Below, one piece after another: positions 24,905 through 33,927 of a stretch of DNA of 63,993 nt (the stretch's first letter is position 1; each line of letters begins with the position of its first letter). The position numbers and the translations under genes are program-made. This stretch comes from an uncultured virus (IMG/VR IMGVR_UViG_3300027770_000036) (lineage: Duplodnaviria; Heunggongvirae; Uroviricota; Caudoviricetes): IMG/VR virus record IMGVR_UViG_3300027770_000036; one strand, written 5' to 3'. Under the pieces are notes generated by a model. It searched no databases, was not told the DNA's origin, and worked only from the letters and a program-made list of their open reading frames with translations.

Positions 24905-27298
24905 CTAGGCTTCGGGCTGTATTGTCGGAGATCTATTAGTGTCGCTTCCAGCATACGGCGTATTAGCGATGTCAGTTCCGCCCCGCGGTATTGTTTTTGG
25001 TCCTATTGCAGAGTTCATTGCGCCCTTAGCCTTGTTCCAGGCATTACCTACAGCGGAGGATACATTACTTGCCTGGTGTCCTACTTCGTGTACCACTTTT
25101 GCCCCGAGCCATGCAGGAGCACTCTTAATACTTGTGGGAGTGGTGGCGTACGCTGCGGGCAGCAGCGACTCGGCACCTAAGTGGCCAGCTACGTGAGCCG
25201 CCTCATGAGCAGCAGGAGCGGCCCATCTAGCAAAGGCTGGAGCTATTTTAGGAATTACGTATCCTCCAATAGCTTTTGCGCCGGCTCCTAAGACCTTACC
25301 TATAGGGCCTGCCAAAGCTGTCGACGCTACAAACTGAGGTATTGCTCCTGCGGTCTCATCCGATACCCTTTGTTGTTCAGACCTATTAAACGCTACGCTA
25401 CCTGGTTTAAGGTTCTGCCTGTCAGTGTAGGCTTGCTCGGTATAGTGCTTCATATTAGCCATCTCTTGATTCTTAGCACTTAGCGGAGGCCCACTAGGTT
25501 TGAAGGGGCTATTTGCGTTAGGGTCAACCTTACCTGCAAGCTGATCTGAAGCTATTTGCTCATTAGATGGGCGGCTTTGCCTATCGTATAGCATCTTCTC
25601 CCCTGGGTTCATCTGCTCTACCTGCTGCCAGGTCATTTTTTTGTTTGCTAAGTCAGCCTGTCGGGCCCAGTAAGTCATCTCTTCATTAGTCTTATAGCGG
25701 GTAGAGCCTCCTTGAACAGGGGCTGGGTACTGCACGTTAGCAGTGCTGGGATTGTTCTTTTGAAAGTTGGCATATCCCTTAAGCAAGGAGTCTTGCAACC
25801 CTTGGTCAAACTTAGGGCGACCACCAGATAGATCCATACCCCCGCCATTACCGCCAAGGCCGCTTGGTGGAGTAGAGTTTAGTGATGGCCCCTTAGGAGC
25901 AGCAGCGGGCTTGCCACCAGGAGTACCCATTTGCTGGCCAGTGCCGGCTCGCTTTAAAAGCCTAGCAAGCTTACTTACGCCACCAATATCATCAGTCCAA
26001 TCATCTTCTATACCGCCGCCGTGCTTTAATGCAAATGCCCTAGCTTCGTCTTTGGTTATAGCATGACCTGCCAGGCCTAAAGCTGCTTGAATCTTCTTTG
26101 GCTTCTTTAAGTTGCTGCCCCCTGCTAGGTAGTCATTACTAAAGGTAACTCCTCTATCTTTAAATATGTCTTCCCACCCTTTTCTGCGAGCGTAGAACTT
26201 ATCTACAGGAGCGGACGCCCCTATTAGAGGAAGGTTGAGTCCAAGCTTCTGAGCTAGTATCATCTGGGCTGCGTATGCAGAGTCGCCTAGCTCCTCTTTG
26301 AAGTTAGGCCAATCCATATTCTTTACAGACTCACCTAGCTCACCTAACTCTCCGGTTAGGTATGACAGGGGATACTTTCTTCCGTTAAGTAGGTCTCTGC
26401 TAACATCTTTAGACCAATACACGCTTTGCTTTAAAAGACCAGCCAGCTTACTTACGGGTAGCTCTTCAAGTGTTGTGTGCTCGTACGGGTTATCTAGCAA
26501 ATTTAGCTGTTTAATAGCCGCACTCAGTCTGTATATAGCAGGCTCACCTTTTGGCTCTCTTCCAGCTTTCCACTTTGGTTGTGGTGTGCCAAATTCATAT
26601 GGCTCTTCTAAGTCATCATCGGTCCATGGCTTGCCCGTAGCTTCGTGAAATCTAGCCATAATTTTGGCAGTCTCTAGGTCAGGTGTTACGTAGCTGCCCT
26701 TATATAAGCTTTGTAGGTCTCCTTTAGGGGAGCCGTGGTAAAACACTCCTGCAAGCTTACTTACCTTATTATCTTCAGTAACTTTTTTCTTCTTACACCC
26801 TACTGGAATGTAGAACCCCAATTGTGGAGACGTCTCCAATCCGTAGCTTCTCCTAATATCTTCTAAGTCGTTACTCTTAATAGAGATAGCCCATAATTTA
26901 TCATAGTCACCTGTTGCAGGTAGCTCGACTATAGGGCCAAGAGTATAGTGGTAAGAATGACCTCGTTCAGTGATATGGCTAGTGCCGCCTAGCTTGTCTA
27001 CTTCTTCCTTAGTCATAACTTTAATAGCAGACTCAGTCCTATTGTTGCGTACTACGAACTCAGCCCCCGGCTCATCAAGGGCGTCAAAGACACCTTTGAT
27101 AAGAGAAGAGGGCACTGTCAGTTCTAAGTTGCCACTAGGGCCCGCTTGAAGCCTACCTGCTAGAGCGTGTACAGATGTGTGCTCTGCATTCTTGTTCATA
27201 AGACCATGAGCCTGCCCAAACGAGAACATCTCAGCGTTGCGAGCTTTGAGCCACTCAGCGCCTTTGATAAGTCCTAATGATATCGGTGGTATGGTCAT
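24905..27298 (-). CDS. Multidomain protein: degenerate 2H-phosphoesterase-like, ART-like, MazG-like and low-complexity domains joined by VSKLA linkers
   Basis: FYHGS..SYVT (ART-like); GELGELGE...KEELGD (MazG-like); three VSKLA linkers. Confidence 0.55.
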   Translation of the reverse strand: MTIPPISLGLIKGAEWLKARNAEMFSFGQAHGLMNKNAEHTSVHALAGRLQAGPSGNLELTVPSSLIKGVFDALDEPGAEFVVRNNRTESAIKVMTKEEVDKLGGTSHITERGHSYHYTLGPIVELPATGDYDKLWAISIKSNDLEDIRRSYGLETSPQLGFYIPVGCKKKKVTEDNKVSKLAGVFYHGSPKGDLQSLYKGSYVTPDLETAKIMARFHEATGKPWTDDDLEEPYEFGTPQPKWKAGREPKGEPAIYRLSAAIKQLNLLDNPYEHTTLEELPVSKLAGLLKQSVYWSKDVSRDLLNGRKYPLSYLTGELGELGESVKNMDWPNFKEELGDSAYAAQMILAQKLGLNLPLIGASAPVDKFYARRKGWEDIFKDRGVTFSNDYLAGGSNLKKPKKIQAALGLAGHAITKDEARAFALKHGGGIEDDWTDDIGGVSKLARLLKRAGTGQQMGTPGGKPAAAPKGPSLNSTPPSGLGGNGGGMDLSGGRPKFDQGLQDSLLKGYANFQKNNPSTANVQYPAPVQGGSTRYKTNEEMTYWARQADLANKKMTWQQVEQMNPGEKMLYDRQSRPSNEQIASDQLAGKVDPNANSPFKPSGPPLSAKNQEMANMKHYTEQAYTDRQNLKPGSVAFNRSEQQRVSDETAGAIPQFVASTALAGPIGKVLGAGAKAIGGYVIPKIAPAFARWAAPAAHEAAHVAGHLGAESLLPAAYATTPTSIKSAPAWLGAKVVHEVGHQASNVSSAVGNAWNKAKGAMNSAIGPKTIPRGGTDIANTPYAGSDTNRSPTIQPEA

Positions 27299-27930
27299 AA
27301 GTTAACCTTAAAAAGTTCATTTAAGTCTTTTGGATTCTTTGTATCATACTCAACTGTTCCAGGTATTCTACCATATCTGTTTACAAGTCTGTAGTTGCTG
27401 TCGTATAACTTCTGGCCAGTACTATACTTGCGTGCCTCTATTGCTTCGTCCCACGGTTTACCCTTGTCTATGTTTTTTCTTTTAACCCTCTCGAGACGCT
27501 GCCTTAGTAAATCCTGCAAAGGAGTAGTAACCAAGACCCTGTTAGGATACTTTGCAAGCTGACTTCTACCTAGCAAAGATAACTGAGTCCCCTCAACAAC
27601 TGCGCCGTCCTTAGCTGAATCAAGCATCTCCGTAGCCAGTCCCCTAGCTGCGTTTAGATACCTTCTTCGCTCTGGAGATCCTGCTATAGTATGACGGAGT
27701 TCTGGGTCACTATCCATCATAGGTTTCCATTTAGGGTGATCATCAATAGACAATATCGGAAGCTTTAACGTCTCGCCAAGGCTCTTAGCAACCGTAGACT
27801 TACCCGCACCGCTATGACCGCTAACAAGAAACACCCTACGTCCTGCATCATCTACAGGGTCTAAGCCTAGAGCTACTGCCCTCTTCCCCATCATAGCCCC
27901 AAAGGCTTCTGCTTTTTCTAGTCTGTTCAT
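27295..27930 (-). CDS. P-loop nucleotide kinase-like protein with MNRLEKAEAFGAMMGKRA leader
   Basis: GHSGAGKSTVA, SIDD, VVEG. Confidence 0.7.
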   Translation of the reverse strand: MNRLEKAEAFGAMMGKRAVALGLDPVDDAGRRVFLVSGHSGAGKSTVAKSLGETLKLPILSIDDHPKWKPMMDSDPELRHTIAGSPERRRYLNAARGLATEMLDSAKDGAVVEGTQLSLLGRSQLAKYPNRVLVTTPLQDLLRQRLERVKRKNIDKGKPWDEAIEARKYSTGQKLYDSNYRLVNRYGRIPGTVEYDTKNPKDLNELFKVNL

Positions 27931-29699
27931 TAAAATAACCTTCTAGGTGTCTTACTCTCTATAACAGGAGAGCTTGCAGGCGGAACAGGCTGCATGCCTC
28001 TAGGCACCGGTGGTGTGTTAATCTGACCCCCTGCGCCAGGTAAAGGTCTTTGGCTCTGCTGCCCTTCTTGTCGAGTAAACGTTGCACCCGGTTGTATGAC
28101 TCCGTCTTTCATGGTACCTCTAGAAGTACCATACGCTCCGTTACCTCCGGCGGCATCTCTAACCATCTGACCTTTACGCTGTAGCTCCATACGAGCGTTA
28201 TGAATCTGAATATCTCTAGCGCTTGGCTGAGGAGCTACAGGAGCTTCACCAGCAGCCATCTTCCCCATCATAGCCCCGAAGGCAGCTGCCTTAGCGATAG
28301 TCCCCTTTTTGCTAGGCTTCGCTGACGGAGCTAAGTCTAGATAAGGATAGTACTCATCAAACAGCTTCTGCCTGTTAGTCGGGTCATTATACTCAGGGAA
28401 TGTTGACTGCTCAAATAGCGAATGCACAACATCAGGTTCTGTATTCATTTTCCATGGTAGATTTTTATCCACCATATCTGTGTAGTTAGGTGGATAGTCT
28501 TTTATATCTTCAGGTTTTCTATATGGATTTTTTACTACACCGTAGTTCCTGTCCAAGTAATGGTTCAGGATATTATTAACGCCTTCTCTTGTATGGTCAT
28601 CGCGCAAGGCCATCTCTTTTTTCCAATCGTTTGCGTCCCACTCCTCTTCGTTATCACTGCGTAGGTACTCAGCGTCTCTAGCCTTATCGATCATGCCTTG
28701 GGTGCGAAATGGAAACCAGCTTGGCCCAAAGGCTGCTGCCTTTTTAAGGCCGGGCTTGGCACGGTAGACGGCGTTTTCAAAGATATCTTCGCCGCCAATA
28801 GGACTGTCTCCCTCTTGTTTGTACCGATCTGGATACCATCGGGGCAGCATATAAGAGGCAAGCATAGCCCTACCTTCTGGAGTTGCCAATGCTTGATTCG
28901 CTGGGGAGTCTCGATCTTCTCCGTACTCCTCGTTAAGCTTAATGGCTGAAAACATATGATCGTAGTCTTTTCTCGGGGAGGAGAACAGCCTAGTTAGAAG
29001 TCTAGGCGACATTGTTCTCTCAGCGTCTAGTCTCATAGAGGTGGCGCCGTCGTCAGGTCCAAACAGAGACTTAATACCAACAGGCTTATCTAGTTTCTTC
29101 CAGAACAGACCTGCGCTCTTACCCATCTTTATATCTTCTATTTTAATGCCTCCGCCCTTTAACTTCGGGTTTAAAATTTCAGGATGAGTTATCTGCTTCC
29201 AATCTTCGGGAAAAGGCATTCCATGGCTCTTCATGTGTCCTTGAAGTCCCTTATAGTAAGGTGTTCTAGTGTCTTCAAATACGTCTTCATTACCTAGTGG
29301 CGCGTCTGTACCATACGAATAACGGTCTGCTAACATTAAGGGCAGAAAATCAGACGCCCAGATTGCTCTACCGATAGGTGACTCCAGGCCGACACCTCCT
29401 TTGCCTGGGTCAGGATCTCTATCAACTACTGACTGCATTCCTGCTAGCATATTTTTATAGTCTTTACTTGGAGACGAGAACAGCCTAGTTAAAAGCCTAG
29501 GCTCCATTGTCCTGTATGCTCCTAATCTGGCGTGAACAGTTGGCCTATCAAAGTCTACAGGATCATGTGAGTCTGCTGGGTCGTCCTCATTACCCCATAT
29601 AGCCTTAATACCAACAGGCTTATCTAGTTTCTTCCAGAATAAGCCTGCAAGCTTACCCATAGCCGAATCAAAAGATGCTGCTTGTTCAAATCTGTTCAT
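27930..29699 (-). CDS. MNRxE-family protein with an internally duplicated domain
   Basis: AAGGAG SD before ATG 29699 (MNRFEQAASF); GLFWKKLDKPVGIK...PRLLTRLFSSP occurs twice; repeated KAAAFG linkers. Confidence 0.7.
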   Translation of the reverse strand: MNRFEQAASFDSAMGKLAGLFWKKLDKPVGIKAIWGNEDDPADSHDPVDFDRPTVHARLGAYRTMEPRLLTRLFSSPSKDYKNMLAGMQSVVDRDPDPGKGGVGLESPIGRAIWASDFLPLMLADRYSYGTDAPLGNEDVFEDTRTPYYKGLQGHMKSHGMPFPEDWKQITHPEILNPKLKGGGIKIEDIKMGKSAGLFWKKLDKPVGIKSLFGPDDGATSMRLDAERTMSPRLLTRLFSSPRKDYDHMFSAIKLNEEYGEDRDSPANQALATPEGRAMLASYMLPRWYPDRYKQEGDSPIGGEDIFENAVYRAKPGLKKAAAFGPSWFPFRTQGMIDKARDAEYLRSDNEEEWDANDWKKEMALRDDHTREGVNNILNHYLDRNYGVVKNPYRKPEDIKDYPPNYTDMVDKNLPWKMNTEPDVVHSLFEQSTFPEYNDPTNRQKLFDEYYPYLDLAPSAKPSKKGTIAKAAAFGAMMGKMAAGEAPVAPQPSARDIQIHNARMELQRKGQMVRDAAGGNGAYGTSRGTMKDGVIQPGATFTRQEGQQSQRPLPGAGGQINTPPVPRGMQPVPPASSPVIESKTPRRLF

Positions 29700-29721
29700 A
29701 TTAAGCTCCTTATGCTGCATC

Positions 29722-31263
29722 TTATCTGAACTTCTTACCTGCGAGGTATGGAAGTACTTGGGCCGCATTACTGTTCTGCTGATTACTAATCGCTATGCGC
29801 TGAGCAGGTACTCCATTAGGATCCTTAGGAGGATTAGCCCTATTCATGTTAGCCATCTCGTTATAGTGCTTTTCGTTTTGGATAGAATCTACCTTGTCAG
29901 AGACAGGTTTCGGTCTCCATGAGTCTGCAGGAGTAGTGTCAATACGGGGGCTCTTCATGCTCCCGTCCCTGTTGTAGCCAGCCTTGGGGTTATTATCACG
30001 GGAAATACCTGTGGAGCCATGCTGGGTAAACCCTATTGGCTCCCTAAGGCCAAATAGCTGACTATTTGCCTCTCCGTAACTATTGCGCATTCGTGCGTCT
30101 TCGGAAGGGCTGTTAGCCTCATGATTAATCCCAGGGACGCCATATAGCTGGCTACCTCCTTGGGCTCCAGGGTCTGCAGCCATCTTGCCCATCATAGCTC
30201 TGAAGGATGCTGACTTGGGTGAAAAGCTTCCAATCATGCCTCCGCCTAGGACTCCTAGTAAACCACCAGCTAAACCGTGTAATACAGACCCTCCTAGTAC
30301 TCCTCTACGCTTCATCATTACATTACCTTTATCGTCAACGTAATAATGCTTTTCATTGCCTTTATCATCTACATAGCTTCTTCTATGCTCCTCTGGTCCA
30401 GTTGTCTCAAGAGCGTCTAGGCCACTAGATTCATAGTTTAAATGACCAGGACGAATAGCGCCGTAAAGAGCTCCGCCCAGGGCTCCTAGACCGCCCCCTA
30501 CAAGCGCCCCTCTGCCGGCTCCCTCTAGATTATTAATATTGCCAGCCATTATCATAACTCTTGCACTCTTTCCCATACTATTACCCATCATGGCTTCACT
30601 AGAAGTCCTTAGTAGATTTAATTTTTTTTTATGTGGGTCTTGTGCACTAGTAGGAAGCCAGTTAATAATCTTGTCGTAATCCTCTAAATCTTTTTCTTGG
30701 ATATCATATTTAGGGTCGTTGCTGGGAGTTCTTAAGGCCTCCTCTCTGTTTAATTGTTTTGCGTGGTCCATGATGGCGTCTTCAAAGTCCTTCATGTGTT
30801 CTTCACCCCACGTCAAAGAGAAACGTGCGTTACTGCCTGGCTCATAGCGTTCCTTGTCTGAATACAAATAGGATCCCTTCCCGAGATCTACTACTCCACC
30901 AGCCATCTTACCCATCATTGCTCCGAACGCTGCTGCTTTATCTAAATTGTTCATAGCCTGCTCCTTATTAGTGCTTCCTACTACGGCTGGAATAGGTAAG
31001 ACGCTAGCCATAGACGGATATCCCGCTGTCTCTCTAAACCTTTTGAGTCTAGTCTCTAGTAGCTCCTTTTGTTGCTGGCTCTTTAACCAGGCGCTAGCTA
31101 TTAAAGACAGATCTGTCATTTCTTTATCTATATTCTGCTGAGACTTTATAGCCTCCTGGGCGTCTGCTAAGTGCTTTGGTAGCGCTGCTAAAAGGTGGCC
31201 TCTCTCGCTCCACTTTGGAGCCAAGGCCGTCAGGTCATTAGAAGTCTTTTCAAACCTGTTCAT
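29722..31263 (-). CDS. MNRxEK-family protein with glycine zippers
   Basis: MNRFEKTS start; internal MNNLDKAAAFGAMMGKMA and KSASFRAMMGKMAA; GGGLGALGGALYG helices. Confidence 0.7.
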   Translation of the reverse strand: MNRFEKTSNDLTALAPKWSERGHLLAALPKHLADAQEAIKSQQNIDKEMTDLSLIASAWLKSQQQKELLETRLKRFRETAGYPSMASVLPIPAVVGSTNKEQAMNNLDKAAAFGAMMGKMAGGVVDLGKGSYLYSDKERYEPGSNARFSLTWGEEHMKDFEDAIMDHAKQLNREEALRTPSNDPKYDIQEKDLEDYDKIINWLPTSAQDPHKKKLNLLRTSSEAMMGNSMGKSARVMIMAGNINNLEGAGRGALVGGGLGALGGALYGAIRPGHLNYESSGLDALETTGPEEHRRSYVDDKGNEKHYYVDDKGNVMMKRRGVLGGSVLHGLAGGLLGVLGGGMIGSFSPKSASFRAMMGKMAADPGAQGGSQLYGVPGINHEANSPSEDARMRNSYGEANSQLFGLREPIGFTQHGSTGISRDNNPKAGYNRDGSMKSPRIDTTPADSWRPKPVSDKVDSIQNEKHYNEMANMNRANPPKDPNGVPAQRIAISNQQNSNAAQVLPYLAGKKFR

Positions 31264-31273
31264 GGTTTGTTCC

Positions 31274-31696
31274 TTACGCCGCGTCTTGGTTAGAAACTAT
31301 ACTTAAGCCGCCGTTGTCTAGTCTACGCCTTAAAGACCTAAGCTCATCCTCTAATTGAATGACCTTTGTTCTTAGCTCATCGTTCTCTTTACGGCAGTTA
31401 CGCCTGTCGTTGTAGAGTTCTTCTATATCCTTCTTCAGGTTCTTCATCTCTTCCCTTAAGAAGGTTTGCATATCTTTAGACGACTCCACGATGAGTCTGT
31501 ATTCACTGAATAAAGAGTCATTCTCATGGTGGTCTAGCCGCTGCTGCTTAAGGATTATCTCTTTGGTCTTTATATCAGAGGCTTTTTCTGACTTAAGCTT
31601 GTTTACATAAATAACAGAAATAGCTCCCGCAAGGGAGCCCACTGCGCCAAATAGAATACTTATCGCAGATAGTATGACGTCTAGCTTTAAGTCCAT
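31274..31696 (-). CDS. N-terminal TM plus coiled-coil protein (possible lysis or membrane accessory)
   Basis: Hydrophobic residues about 7-31, then a heptad-rich helix. Confidence 0.6.
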   Translation of the reverse strand: MDLKLDVILSAISILFGAVGSLAGAISVIYVNKLKSEKASDIKTKEIILKQQRLDHHENDSLFSEYRLIVESSKDMQTFLREEMKNLKKDIEELYNDRRNCRKENDELRTKVIQLEDELRSLRRRLDNGGLSIVSNQDAA

Positions 31697-31712
31697 GGTT
31701 AGTTACCTTAGG

Positions 31713-32573
31713 TTATTGAAGGTCTGAGGTAGGAGTGGTGGGCATAGTAAACGGAGGTCGAGCTAAATGCTTATACTGATAACGGTCACCAAAAGGCAAC
31801 TCAGGGCGAGCCTGTGAAGGAGGTATAGGCCAACCTTTAGATTCTAGGCCAGGATGCAAGTTTATTTTTCCTTTTGGATCTCCCGTACCTAAAAACTGTT
31901 GCACATGGCCTTTAAATCCTACGGGGTCTGGAACTCTATACCCGAGGGGATCAGAAAAATTAATGTTATCCTCCAGTTGCTTTGACCTAGAAGCCTGTGC
32001 TTGCTGCTCATCATACGGGCCTGGCTTTGGAGGTTGCCAAGGCTTAGGGGTTGGGGCGTAGTTTAACGGAGTCCTAAGTGCTCCTGAGTCTGAGGGAGCA
32101 CTATGTCGTTCCCTAGGCGGGCCGTAATCAGCAGGGACAGGAAACTGCTCCATTCCAGGAGTATACAGAATTGAGTTAGAACCAGAGTTAGGTAGCTTAG
32201 GCTTATAAACTTGTTCAGGTGCTTTACGCTGAGCTGGTGCTGGCACAGGAGGCACAGGCCCTTCAGCCATCTTAAATAATAAGCTACGAAGACTAGCAAT
32301 CTTATTAGGCATAGGGTCTGAAGACATTCTTCTAATTACCTCTCCCACTCCTGCTCCGGTAGCCATACCTAAGCCGGAGCCCGCAATGGCTCTCAGTACT
32401 CTGTCCTTTTTAGTGCCTTTACGTAAGTCATAGCCGATTGTTCCTAACCCACCTATAAGGGCACCATATAATCCGCCAATAAGGTGTCTATCATCTAAGC
32501 TATCTGAGGAAGGCCACAACGCAGCCTTACCCATCATAGCCCCAAAGGCCGCTGCTTTCTCAAGCCTGTTCAT
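31713..32573 (-). CDS. MNRLEKAAAFGAMMGKAA-family protein
   Basis: Canonical leader, glycine zipper, Pro-rich tail. Confidence 0.7.
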   Translation of the reverse strand: MNRLEKAAAFGAMMGKAALWPSSDSLDDRHLIGGLYGALIGGLGTIGYDLRKGTKKDRVLRAIAGSGLGMATGAGVGEVIRRMSSDPMPNKIASLRSLLFKMAEGPVPPVPAPAQRKAPEQVYKPKLPNSGSNSILYTPGMEQFPVPADYGPPRERHSAPSDSGALRTPLNYAPTPKPWQPPKPGPYDEQQAQASRSKQLEDNINFSDPLGYRVPDPVGFKGHVQQFLGTGDPKGKINLHPGLESKGWPIPPSQARPELPFGDRYQYKHLARPPFTMPTTPTSDLQ

Positions 32574-32594
32574 TGTTGTACCCTTGGTTAAAGA

Positions 32595-33197
32595 TTAGAA
32601 ATCGTATGAAAGAGTTGGCGCTAGCGTAGGCCTCATATAAGGATTATTCATGCCGCTGTGCCTAGCGTACTCCCTCATTGCATTGTCCTGGTTATACACA
32701 GGGTCTGATAAAAGGTCTCTCTTAGTTATCTCTCCAGGTCCAAGCCTAGCCATCATATCTTTCAAACCCTCGTTAGTGGATTTTCTTTGGAAGTAAGTGG
32801 TAAGAGCCCCTAAGCCTCCTAGAGCAGTACCTCCAGCCAAAGCGCCTGCTAGTGATCCAACTAACGGCTCTTTCATAGAGCGACCAAGATTAAAGCCCAT
32901 TGCACCACCACCAAGAGCGCCAATCGCCCCAAGACCAAGACCGCCCACTATAGCTCCTTTAAGAGGGCTACTTAACATCTCGTGTACTGGAGTTCCATAG
33001 GATTCAAAAATCCTGGGCAACCACCTACTCTCTCCTTTTTCTACTTTTTTAAGCTCATCTGGAGTAAGCCCTTCCCTTCTATTAGCCACGGGAAGATGGG
33101 TCTGAAGGGACAAAGCGTTGTCTATAGCTTTGCTAGAGTTGGCGGACTTATGTATCAAGTACATTAACTTAGATGCTGCTTTCTCACGTCTGTTCAT
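32595..33197 (-). CDS. MNRxEKAA-family glycine-zipper protein
   Basis: MNRREKAAS...HKSA; two GxxxG-rich helices. Confidence 0.7.
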   Translation of the reverse strand: MNRREKAASKLMYLIHKSANSSKAIDNALSLQTHLPVANRREGLTPDELKKVEKGESRWLPRIFESYGTPVHEMLSSPLKGAIVGGLGLGAIGALGGGAMGFNLGRSMKEPLVGSLAGALAGGTALGGLGALTTYFQRKSTNEGLKDMMARLGPGEITKRDLLSDPVYNQDNAMREYARHSGMNNPYMRPTLAPTLSYDF

Positions 33198-33212
33198 TGC
33201 TATCTCCTTTGT

Positions 33213-33338
33213 TTATTTCTGGTAGAAGCTTTTTAAGTCGGACATTATACCGTTAACCTGTTGAGTACTCATAGAGGGCTTGGCTGGAGCGGGATTGTTT
33301 GAGCCAGCTGAGAGTATGATGTCTAGCTTAAAGTCCAT
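33213..33338 (-). CDS. 41-aa chimeric mini-ORF
   Basis: MDFKLDIILSA start matches MDLKLDVILSA of 31274..31696; AGGAG SD upstream. Confidence 0.5.
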   Translation of the reverse strand: MDFKLDIILSAGSNNPAPAKPSMSTQQVNGIMSDLKSFYQK

Positions 33339-33341
33339 GGC

Positions 33342-33842
33342 TTATTCTCCTGGTCTAACTATTTGGGCATTACGTACTGTTCTAGGTCCAGGGTGGGCGG
33401 TAGGAGAGTTATGATAAAAGTTGAGTGGATCTTGACCGGCTGGATCTATCTGAGCATTGCTGAAGGATCTGCCAGGGCCGGCAGGAGGTTGAGATAGCAT
33501 AGGGTTCTTAGGTGCTGTTTTTTGTGCAAAAGAGCTTGGTGAAGGTTTCTGCTGCTGTTTACCGCCAAACGCACTCTGCATGCCACTAATATCTTTATTG
33601 CTGAGTTGAGGTCTTGTCTGGGGGTTAGCTTGGAACGTAGGTTCATACCTATGTACGGCCCTTTCAGCCATTAGCGCTTTTTCATCAACCGGCTCTTTCA
33701 AGCCATTAAAGCCATTAATGATCTCATCAGCATCCTGCCTCTGGGCTGGTGTTAGGGTTCTGCGGCCTGTACCTACACCCTGTTCAGCTGCCGCCTTACC
33801 CATCATGCGTCCGAAGTATGCTGCTTTCTCAAGTCTGTTCAT
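33342..33842 (-). CDS. MNRLEKAAYFGRMMGKAA-family protein
   Basis: Canonical leader plus a disordered body; its SD/start (aggagatagcaatgaacag) is shared with 33197. Confidence 0.7.
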   Translation of the reverse strand: MNRLEKAAYFGRMMGKAAAEQGVGTGRRTLTPAQRQDADEIINGFNGLKEPVDEKALMAERAVHRYEPTFQANPQTRPQLSNKDISGMQSAFGGKQQQKPSPSSFAQKTAPKNPMLSQPPAGPGRSFSNAQIDPAGQDPLNFYHNSPTAHPGPRTVRNAQIVRPGE

Positions 33843-33927
33843 TGCTATCTCCTGGATTAAAAACTTAGTCTATGTGTATAAAATATAAACTAATCTACCT
33901 TCGTAGTACATAGTTAGTTATCTCTTA

